Assembly (NCBI RefSeq): GCF_030013595.1
Contig: NZ_CP122768.1
Origin: Escherichia coli
Lineage (GTDB): Bacteria; Pseudomonadota; Gammaproteobacteria; Enterobacterales; Enterobacteriaceae
DNA: 64,000 bases
Strand: one strand, 5' to 3'
The notes below the pieces were generated by a model. It was not told the origin of the DNA. It worked only from the letters and a program-made list of their open reading frames with translations, and made no database searches. This document shows positions 55,428-64,000 of the stretch, piece after piece; the stretch's first letter is position 1, and each line of letters begins with the position of its first letter. Both the position numbers and the translations under genes were made by a program.

Positions 55428-55667
55428 ATTCTTACTCAGAAATTATCATTTAACTTACGGAAAATTGTTAAGGCACTCCCGATATTAGCTCCGGAGGATT
55501 TTCCACAACTCCGGGACTGTTAACATATTTCTGCCTGCCATATATACATTGAATTTAGTCATAACAGTCAATACCAGAATTACAGGAATGCGATGCCGAT
55601 ACGCTGGTTATTGAATACTGGTAGCCCCTGAGCACTAATTCATCACGATACTCTGTATTTACTGTTT

Positions 55668-56801
55668 TCACTGCTTTTTACAACCATTCCCCCAGGTAAA
55701 ATGCTGCTCCTCCGGTGATGGCTGTGTCAGAAACTGCCATCCCGGAATAGCCACGCTGACCGCCAGCAATGCCGCACAGACACCAGCCACAAACGGTTTC
55801 AGAAACGTGGGCGGGGATTTCTGAAGGGAGGGTGACTGCTCCGCCTGCACTTTCCCCTTGCGATTATCAAGGCTCAGTGCATCCAGACGCACCGCGCCAT
55901 TTGCCGCAAGCAGCCCTTCCCGGTTATCCACGCTTCCCGGCAGACTCAGCGAAAAATCCCCTGTTCCCGTCTGAATCAGACTGCCTTTACGATTTGACAG
56001 GCTTTGTGCCGATATCTGCAGTGTGTCGGCATTTATCGTACCGCCATTACTGCTGAACTGCCCGGCAGTCCGGGCGGAAAGCGTATCGGCACTCAGTTGC
56101 GCATTCTGTGTAGACAGATTTCCACTGGTTGCATTCAGCTCAGTATGTTGTCCCTGTATCCGGCTGTTACCTAAATCCAGCCCCTGCTCAATGTCCCGTA
56201 AATCCAGCAGAGAACCTTCGTGTGCCGGGAATGAGGAATACAACTGAATATAGTCATCACTGTCCGGTGTCAGACGCACATGTCGCACAACACCGGGAAT
56301 AATAACCAGCCGGAGGATACCGCTTTTTAAATCCTGCGAAGGTGCCAGAACACGGGTGGTGACATAACCATGATCGACCAGACGGTTCTGCAATGTACTC
56401 ATCAGCAGATTAATTCCTTTCGCCCCCAGGCAATGCCCGACCGCCCCGTTGGCGATTTTTTGTAAAGGCAGCCAGTGTGGTAACGCATCAGCCCCCTTCA
56501 GTTCCGTCTGTTTAATCTGAAAACAGGGCGTTTCAACAGGAAAATTAATCTTATGGGCAAAAGAGCCAGGTGCAGAAAGGCGAACATCAGGGGCTGAAGG
56601 CGTCAGTTGTTGCTCAAGGGCTTCCTGACGCTGCTGCTGAATGATAAATGCTTCATCTCCGCTACGCCGGACATCCGCTGCCTGAAGAGATAAAGGCGAT
56701 AATAAAGCAGACATCAGTGTCAGTGACAGCAAGGACGGACAGCGCCGGAATAAGCTTTGTTCCTCAGTCCTCTCGTTCCTGCAACATAATTTTCCAGTCA
56801 A
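55668..56801 (-). pseudogene. Probable remnant of a two-partner-secretion locus: TpsB-like (ShlB/FhaC/CdiB) signal peptide and POTRA region fused to hemagglutinin-repeat-like sequence
   Basis: N-terminus ...[26 protein letters not shown]...[11 protein letters not shown]... then Ser/Asn/Gly-rich repeats ...[10 protein letters not shown]...; too short for an intact TpsB barrel. Confidence 0.35.
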
Positions 56802-57388
56802 ACGAAAAACCTTTTATTCATGTCATACCAACAATCACCAGCCTCCTGACGATACCTCCCACCATGTTTTGCGATGGCACGCTACCGCCCTTCCGGTATT
56901 TACCCGCATCAACCGGTACCAGAATGCTGAGTAACAAACCAGCTAGAATTGACTTAATTTTGATCATTATAGAATAATGATCTGAACTACAGCAACATGA
57001 CAGATTTATCGATCGATATAACACAAATGAACAGTTCTTTATTCTGACAAATATCGCAAAAACAGCACATTACAAAATTTATAACCATAATTACTGGAAA
57101 AGTGCAGAAAATTATTCCACTGAATGCTTTTAATACAGTTGGTTAGCTTAAAAAATAGCAATTTTTGATTTCAGTCATTGAAAGTTGCAATGTTTGACGA
57201 TTCAACAGCATTTAAGTGAGTTTCAGGATATGGGAAGGACATGAAAGGAGGAGCGCAATAAAATACACAGGAAGAAGGGGAAAATGTTTCGTAAAAACAG
57301 AAAATTAACAGCGCACATCAGGAAACGCAGTCTCCTGATTCAGTGCTACCACATGAAAATTTAGTTAACTGTTACCGTACTAAAATTT

Positions 57389-57580
57389 ATGTCAGAAGAT
57401 GTTCCATTACCGAAAGTCAATCAGCGATACAAAGACGATCATGGTGCGCTTGTCACCCTGACCAGTGTTGAGGAAACCCGGGTGGTGTTTATGCAGGACG
57501 GCTATCCGCATCCCTGCATGCGACCGATGTACAACTTTCTGGGAAAATTCAAACCCGAACCCCGGGAAGAAACAGAATAA
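57389..57580 (+). CDS. Small hypothetical protein
   Basis: 63-aa ORF in intergenic position; weak. Confidence 0.25.
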   Translation: MSEDVPLPKVNQRYKDDHGALVTLTSVEETRVVFMQDGYPHPCMRPMYNFLGKFKPEPREETE

Positions 57581-57632
57581 AACGAAATCCCTGCCGGCAA
57601 TCACACTACCTGATAGCAGCATAATCCACTTA

Positions 57633-57941
57633 TTAATTCTCATCCCCGGAGACAAGCCCAGAAAACCACTCCGGGTGTTCACTGTATGCCGTGTTCAGCG
57701 CATCCCTGGAAACGTTTATATAAAAGCTGTCCTGCAATTTGCGGGTAACAACTTCTGCCAGGCGATTCCGGTTATCCACCAGTCCGGCATAACCTCTCTC
57801 TGCCAGCCACTCATTCAGTTCATGTTCCAGAGACAGATTGATAATATCATAATCGGACCTTGCCATTCCCGTTTCCTTAGCACATGTTTTCAGGCACGGG
57901 GATAAAGTATAAAGAATGTCATACTGCTGCTGCCAGAGCAA
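57633..57941 (-). CDS. Small hypothetical protein (true start may be internal ATG at MARSDYDIINL...)
   Basis: ORF co-oriented with adjacent YfjJ-like pseudogene. Confidence 0.3.
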   Translation of the reverse strand: MLWQQQYDILYTLSPCLKTCAKETGMARSDYDIINLSLEHELNEWLAERGYAGLVDNRNRLAEVVTRKLQDSFYINVSRDALNTAYSEHPEWFSGLVSGDEN

Positions 57942-57961
57942 TATTCCCCCTGATGGTTGTA

Positions 57962-59183
57962 TCAGAGATGGTATGCCGGTACTTTGCGGGTTGTTCCCGT
58001 CAGGTTATCGTGCACCTCCACGGTCGTGGTCACCACCGGCATTCCGGCCTTTCTCAGCCTCAGAACATCAGCCGCAATACGCTGACTGCCAAACCAGAAC
58101 AGGCCGTCCAGTGCAGTCACCAGTAAACCCGCCTCCAGTGCATACTTCAGCCGTTCACGGGGCGCTTTCACTTCCCGGGCAACCTGCTGATATGGCAATG
58201 ATGTGTTTTCATTCCCAACCACGCGACGAATACGGTGAGACAGATGATACCGGTATGTATCCGGCACACCAGAAAGGCTGGCCTTCAGGCTGTACACGCA
58301 GCCAAACCGTTTATCGTTAAACACCTCATTTTTCTGGCTGATGCCCCATTCTTCACGCAGCGCGGCAATCAATTGCGGTGTACGGGTAAGCAGCAAGCGA
58401 AAAGGCAGTTCAAAACTGGTGACGTAATCCACATTCAGCAGTGCAATACGCAACCGTTCTTCTGGCCCGGCCTCTGTCTGCCGGCACTCCTCCAGAACAT
58501 CCTGCCACTGCCGGCGAAGACGGGGGGATTCGTTCCGTTCTGTAAAACAGTATTTATCCGCCAGATAGTCAATTCGTGTACGCATACTGAAAGGAATTCC
58601 GTATAAAGATTCAGCAGACAAAACTTTATCAGCCAGTAAAAATTAACGGAAGCATTGATATTCCTCCCGACAATCACCGGATGATTGTTGCAATAACCTG
58701 CGACATAAAGGACTGAACAGCCGTTTTTAACGCCACGTATTGCCCTGATGAACCAGGCCGGGCCACCCGAAAACATCTTTCCACCCGGCATTGTCCGCCA
58801 GCACTTATCACCGACCAGGTCTGTTGCAGTAAATCCACCAGTTGCGCACATTCTTCATCAGCCATGACGCCGACTCGCGGATGGCAAATACTCGTCTGGC
58901 TGAGCAGCAACAGACATCGTATCTGTGCTCCTTCATGTTGTTCCCGCAACCAGCGTAATACCACCGGCGCTGATGGGCTGACCGTGTGATTATGCTCCGT
59001 AATACGTTCGTGTACCCGTCGGTGAAAGGAACTACAAAATGTCTGAATCTGTTGACCATAGATTCCTTCTGCCGAATAGAGCGTGAAGTGAAATGCCAAC
59101 AGATTTGGCCAGTGGTCCACCGCCTGCTGAACAAAACGCCGGATTTCCCCCGGCTCTGAAATTAAGGCTTCGGTTATTTGCAC
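57962..59183 (-). pseudogene. Split YagK/YfjJ-like (inovirus Gp2-type) gene, two consecutive ORFs 58674..59183 and 57962..58621
   Basis: Two adjacent same-strand ORFs whose combined length matches an integrase-proximal prophage gene family; interruption near 58620..58675. Confidence 0.4.
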
Positions 59184-59628
59184 GAAATGTTCCTTTTCAA
59201 CCCCTGTTGAATTTTGTCAAGCCGGTGCAGACACAGTAAAGCGCGCATCAACACCTGAAAGGTACGATACAAACACAAGTTACAAACAATAAGAACGGAA
59301 GGACAATTAATCAGTGAGGAATAATAACTAAATTAACCAAAAGAATGTTACTGACAATACTACCAATACTTAAATAGCAATATATTAATTAATGTAAGAA
59401 CAGATGCCCGGTAGGACATATACACAATACATCCACAAACACACTCTTTTCATTAAATCAATCACCTGATTAAACCATGAAAGTGTGATGTAAGTCAAAA
59501 TTACTGATACTATCAATTGATAATGATTATCTCTATCATTATCGTGAAATTCGAGAATGAAAGGAGAAGTAGTCATTATAAGCCTTTTATAAATCGTCAT
59601 CATCATAGTAAAGTAGAACACTTTTTAT

Positions 59629-60099
59629 ATGAGTTACTATATGAAAATATACTGGACAAGAAAACGTATTCCTGAACTTTCAGCACTTCCACCTTCATTA
59701 AGAAAGAAAAATTTTACTGACGCATATAATGCAGCATCTTCTCATATCGAATACTGGATAGGTGCTGGCGTCTCATTTATCTCGATGATGATTTTATCCA
59801 GAGTATATGACTTTCTTTTACCCGCCCAAGATACTTTCCCGGGTGATATCATCAGAAGTTTATGTGTTGTGTGTCCATCCATATTAATCTGGTTTCAGTT
59901 TTCGGTATATGTCATGAGGAAATATTACAGACATATTCTGGTGCGAGGAAAAGAAACCGAAACCATTTCAGAAAGGTTGATACGTGAGGCTGATACACGA
60001 GAATATGAACTATGGCGTCCGGTCCGTCGCTTTTTCTCCATTGTTTTCCTCATTGTTCTATTAGGTTGCATTCATTCACTGATAACAACTATAAAATAA
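59629..60099 (+). CDS. Hypothetical membrane protein
   Basis: 156 aa with 2-3 hydrophobic segments; AT-rich low-confidence region. Confidence 0.3.
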   Translation: MSYYMKIYWTRKRIPELSALPPSLRKKNFTDAYNAASSHIEYWIGAGVSFISMMILSRVYDFLLPAQDTFPGDIIRSLCVVCPSILIWFQFSVYVMRKYYRHILVRGKETETISERLIREADTREYELWRPVRRFFSIVFLIVLLGCIHSLITTIK

Positions 60100-60336
60100 A
60101 AGTTATGGCTGTTCTGATACAGGAAAATAAACGTTCATTCTATGGTTACCTCTTCCTGTTATATAGAAGAATTTTAAACGACAAGTAAGGGAATATAAAT
60201 GAAAATAACAAAAAATAAAAATGCAACTATAAAAAACAGTCATCAGTCGGCTGCTTTTCAATGTTTACCTTATCATTTTCTGGTAATGCTGCCAACTTAC
60301 TGATTTAGTGTATGATGGTGATTTTAAGGTGCTTGC

Positions 60337-60612
60337 GTGGCTTCCATTTCCATCAGATGTCCTTCCTGCTCCGCTACTGAAGGCGTGGTGCGTAACGGCA
60401 AAAGCACTGCCGGACATCAGCGCTATCTCTGCTCTCATTGCCGTAAAACATGGCAACTACAGTTCACTTACACCGCCTCTCAGCCCGGTAAGCACCAGAA
60501 AATCATTGATATGGCCATGAATGGCGTCGGATGTCGCGCCAGTGCACGCATTATGGGCGTTGGCCTCAACACGGTTTTACGTCACTTAAAAAACTCAGGC
60601 CGCAGTCGGTAA
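60337..60612 (+). CDS. insA: IS1 InsA
   Basis: [91 protein letters not shown]. Confidence 0.9.
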   Translation: MASISIRCPSCSATEGVVRNGKSTAGHQRYLCSHCRKTWQLQFTYTASQPGKHQKIIDMAMNGVGCRASARIMGVGLNTVLRHLKNSGRSR

Positions 60613-61034
60613 CCTCGCGCATACAACCGGGCAGTGATGTGATTGTCTGCGCTGAAATGGACGAACAGTGGGGCTACGTCGGTGCTAAATCACGTCAGCG
60701 CTGGCTGTTTTACGCGTATGACAGGATACGGAGGACGGTTGTGGCGCACGTCTTCGGTGAACGCACTCTGGCCACACTGGAGCGTCTTCTGAGCCTGCTG
60801 TCGGCCTTTGAGGTCGTGGTATGGATGACGGATGGCTGGCCGCTGTATGAATCACGCCTGAAGGGAAAGCTGCACGTTATCAGCAAGCGTTACACTCAGC
60901 GCATTGAGCGACATAATCTGAATCTGAGACAACATCTGGCAAGGCTGGGACGGAAGTCACTGTCGTTCTCAAAATCGGTGGAGCTGCATGACAAGGTCAT
61001 CGGGCATTATCTGAACATAAAACACTATCAGTAA
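60531..61034 (+). CDS. insB: IS1 InsB (expressed as InsAB' by frameshift)
   Basis: ...[54 protein letters not shown]... Confidence 0.85.
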   Translation: MSRQCTHYGRWPQHGFTSLKKLRPQSVTSRIQPGSDVIVCAEMDEQWGYVGAKSRQRWLFYAYDRIRRTVVAHVFGERTLATLERLLSLLSAFEVVVWMTDGWPLYESRLKGKLHVISKRYTQRIERHNLNLRQHLARLGRKSLSFSKSVELHDKVIGHYLNIKHYQ

Positions 61035-61035
61035 G

Positions 61036-61311
61036 TTGGAGTCATTACCTGAGAATAATACCTCCTGGGTAAGTGAGCAGATACTTTCAGCGCCTCCGAA
61101 AGATGTAAATATTCGACTTGGAGTCGGTTCTTTAGAAGGTACAACCGTCTCACATGTTCAGCGATTGCATCATTCGTTAATCGCAGCTGGTTTGGAAAGT
61201 AACCTCACTGTCTATACCGGTGGTCACGATTATGCCTGGTGGCGCGGAGCAATTATTGATGAATTAGCAAATTATAATTGCAGGAAGGTATCAAATAATA
61301 ACTCTGTGTAA
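61036..61311 (+). pseudogene. Possible C-terminal fragment of an esterase-family gene truncated by IS1
   Basis: ORF begins inside IS1 right end; tail ...LTVYTGGHDYAWWRGAIIDELAN resembles enterochelin-esterase-type C-termini (weak, from memory). Confidence 0.25.
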
Positions 61312-61452
61312 AATATCGTTTTATCGTCAGATAACTCTTTCTGCAATATTATTATGGGAGACTATCTCATTTATTTAGTGATGTCCTTCATTTATGTGAT
61401 GAAGGACATTATATTACTCATAACATTTCTCGTTGAAAATTTCAGCAATACG

Positions 61453-62577
61453 CTACAATTGTTTCCCGTTGTTTTTTAATTTTCTCATCAAAACCTCTGC
61501 AATCTCTGCAGGACTGGGTTGTTCAGCCATTTCAGCGGCTACCTGATCTGAACAGAAGCGTAGTGAATCATCATAAAGAAGGCGATTTACCAAATCACTG
61601 GTCAGTCCATGCTTGTCCGGAATAATCCCACACCCACGCTTCGCAACAATTTCTGCATTAACAGAGCGATCTGCACCTTCGCCAAACACAATCTGTGGTA
61701 TTCCACTATACAGCGCTGTCAGGGTATTACCTGCGCCACCGTGATGAATAAATCCATCAGCTCCATTAAGGAATACACCCATAGGTATCCAGTCAACCAG
61801 ACGTACATTTGATGGTAGTTTTCGTAAACCAGTACGAGCATTTATTGCAAGTTGCAAAATGATATCAGCATCAACTTCATTTGCAGAATCCATAACCCAT
61901 GAAATCAGCTCCAGACCATCAACCATTGGTTTTACAGTGCCAAGGCTGATAAGTAAACGTTTCCGATCAGAATCCCTGTCCCACCATGTTTCCTTTACAG
62001 CACCTCCGTTATAAGGAATATATCTCATTGAGATAACCGGTTCTCCAGCATTTTTAAGAATGCTCATACTTGGGGGAGCAACATCAATCCATGCTAAATC
62101 ACATAGTGGACCGCTGACTCCATGCCGCCTGTAAGCATTGCTTAAAGAACGGTTTAACATCTGAATATGGGCAGATGTATGCGCGAATCCAACAGCCAGC
62201 ATCACTGAAGGAATTCTATATTTAGCAGCAACCAATGGGCCTGCCGGATCAAGAGGGGGATAGACTATTAAATCTGGCCTCCATTTTCCTGCAAAATCGA
62301 TGAGGTTATCTGCCATTTCATCGCTAAAAAAAGAGAAATGACCAATAATATTACTTTTTTTCCTCAACTCTTCCTGATGGCGATATCCAGCCTCTGAATC
62401 TAAACCTGGAACTGCATCAAAAACAACCAGTCCAGCTTCTGCTGCTTTATTCGCGAATTTGCCAGCGCTACTAATTACTACATCATGTCCAATTACACGA
62501 AAGGCCTGAGCCAGAGAAATCAATGGGTATAACAAACCGTACAGCGGTGGGCCAATAAAAAGAATACGTTTTCGCAT
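61453..62577 (-). CDS. GT-B glycosyltransferase of the IroB/MchA (enterobactin C-glucosyltransferase) family
   Basis: MRKRILFIGPPLYGLLYPLISLAQAFRVIGHDVVISSAGKFANKAAEAGLVVFDAVPGLDSEAGYRH... closely resembles remembered IroB; C-terminal HHGGAGNT UDP-sugar motif. Confidence 0.65.
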   Translation of the reverse strand: MRKRILFIGPPLYGLLYPLISLAQAFRVIGHDVVISSAGKFANKAAEAGLVVFDAVPGLDSEAGYRHQEELRKKSNIIGHFSFFSDEMADNLIDFAGKWRPDLIVYPPLDPAGPLVAAKYRIPSVMLAVGFAHTSAHIQMLNRSLSNAYRRHGVSGPLCDLAWIDVAPPSMSILKNAGEPVISMRYIPYNGGAVKETWWDRDSDRKRLLISLGTVKPMVDGLELISWVMDSANEVDADIILQLAINARTGLRKLPSNVRLVDWIPMGVFLNGADGFIHHGGAGNTLTALYSGIPQIVFGEGADRSVNAEIVAKRGCGIIPDKHGLTSDLVNRLLYDDSLRFCSDQVAAEMAEQPSPAEIAEVLMRKLKNNGKQL

Positions 62578-63306
62578 TAAAAAAGTCCGTCTTCTGCTTA
62601 CCTGTTTATTTTTCTATCTCTAAGAAAACATAATTAATATTATTTTTATGTGAGCTTATGCACAAAAATAACCAAGTATATTATCTTCTGGTAGAGATTC
62701 AGGATACAGTTTGTAGGAGCTTTCTTTTTTGAACAATGATTTGCAGGACAGTTATGCTAAACTAGCGGAATCAGTATCACAACAATAAATGACTGATCAT
62801 ACCTGAAATTTGAATTAACAGGCATCATGAATGTCAATAGTCTAAGCGGTGACTACTTATATCGCTTGCATAAATACTAAACACTGACTAGAAAAGTATT
62901 GGATAACCCCGTCACTAAAAGTAACGCTTCGGTTATTTGCTCGGAATGTATTAACGCCAAGATTGTTAGCCGTTACGCCTTATATCACTGGCGCTGACAA
63001 ATGTTTCTTTTCTAATTTACTGAACCGGCGCAGACACGCAGGAAAGCACGCCGGCACCGGTGTAATGCCAGTTCTAATCAATAAGAATGGAATGACGAAT
63101 CAGTCAGGAAGGGATAACAACCCGCTGCTGAACGGAAGGTATCAGCAGGAAGATGAACGGGAATATCGCCAGCACCAAGGGCAGGGCCGGGTTCCACAAT
63201 ACCAGCGCTGGCATTTTGCACATTGCCAGCGTACCGGCATTACAACACGTTTCATGCTGCTGCCCCCCAGGATTCCTCGATTCGTTGCTACATCCACTGC
63301 TCTACT

Positions 63307-63504
63307 TCACTTCCACTGCTCCACTTCACTTTTGTACCAGCGGCTGCTGCGCCCCAGTTTGATGGGTTTAGGGAAATGGCCTTCACTGATCAACTTGTAA
63401 AACCATTTGTCGGTCATACCGGTGAAACTGGTGATATAGTTCATGTCGATCAGGGAATTATCGGCACGCAGAAATACGCTGTCGTGGCTTGTTGTAGTCA
63501 ACAT
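63307..63504 (-). CDS. AlpA-family prophage transcriptional regulator (MerR-like HTH)
   Basis: ...DMNYITSFTGMTDKWFYKLISEGHFPKPIKLGRSSRWYKSEVEQW... Confidence 0.6.
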   Translation of the reverse strand: MLTTTSHDSVFLRADNSLIDMNYITSFTGMTDKWFYKLISEGHFPKPIKLGRSSRWYKSEVEQWK

Positions 63505-64000
63505 GGTCAGAATGTCCTGTGAGATTTATGAAGATTGTGCGAATGCGGGAAATCTACTGAGCTGTGCTTTCAGAACTGGCCTGTTACGGGATACCAGGGA
63601 TTACCGGCGGGGTAACGGGCTTCCGGATCATACACACCACGATTATCGCGGACAAAATCACTGAACGCCCATATCACCTCTTTAAGTATGTCTTCGCAGT
63701 CCGGTAAATGACGATCCAGCGCCACATCCCGGGTGGTACAGCTTTGATGCGCCCGGTGACACAAAGCCCGGATTGTTCCAGACATCCTGAATCAAACGCC
63801 CCAGATTAGGGGCGTCGAAATATGCCTCTCTGACCATTATATTCCGGCGTATAGGTAGCAGGTCTGAAGTGACAATGCGTCACCTGACGTTAAAAGTCAC
63901 CCAAGATGACCCCAGTGGGGGCAACAAGTATAAAACCGTTTTTTGATTAAGTGGTCGGATATGAAAAGGGGAAGGTTTATGTGAAAAATACCTGTGTTTT

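Larger units (their letters stand above)
60282..61049 (+). mobile_element. IS1 insertion sequence (768 bp, complete)
   Basis: Terminal repeats ggtaatgctgccaacttactgat... and ...aagttggagtcattacc; insA and insB inside. Confidence 0.9.

Noticed and set aside
60273-61058. Target-site duplication flanking IS1
   Set aside because: The 9-mers flanking the element (tcattttct and tgagaataa) do not match, so no duplication can be claimed.
62578-62960. Fur box upstream of the IroB-like gene
   Set aside because: No convincing match to GATAATGATAATCATTATC was found by eye; not reported as a feature.

Overview
The window reads as an Escherichia coli-type chromosome. The first ~28 kb is conserved core in the familiar order ycaO'(partial)-focA-pflB-pflA, ycaM, ycaD, ycaC, dmsCBA, serS, rarA, lolA, ftsK, lrp, trxB, cydDC, aat, infA and a tRNA-Ser(GGA) gene (serW) at 28105..28192. 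From the tRNA to the window end (>35 kb) lies a mosaic accessory island, almost entirely minus-strand. It carries a CP4-44/CP4-57-like module (cbtA/cbeA toxin-antitoxin, yeeT-like, radC-like, antirestriction, DUF932), an Ag43 autotransporter with its GATC/OxyR-type switch, a YeeP-like GTPase, IS66-family and IS1 elements plus IS fragments, an IroB/MchA-like glycosyltransferase and an AlpA-like regulator. Embedded in the island are several candidate stress or phage-defence units. The one I consider most likely to be a previously undescribed system is a translationally coupled three-gene operon (36037..40393) encoding a dynamin-like GTPase, a 301-aa unknown protein and a patatin-like phospholipase. 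Other candidates are a large SF1 helicase with a C-terminal endonuclease-like domain (Hhe-like), and an IbrA/IbrB-like pair followed by a PerC-like regulator. No integrase and no CRISPR array are present in the window. All calls rest on reading the six-frame translations and motifs by eye; no database search was run, and family assignments from memory are marked as such.
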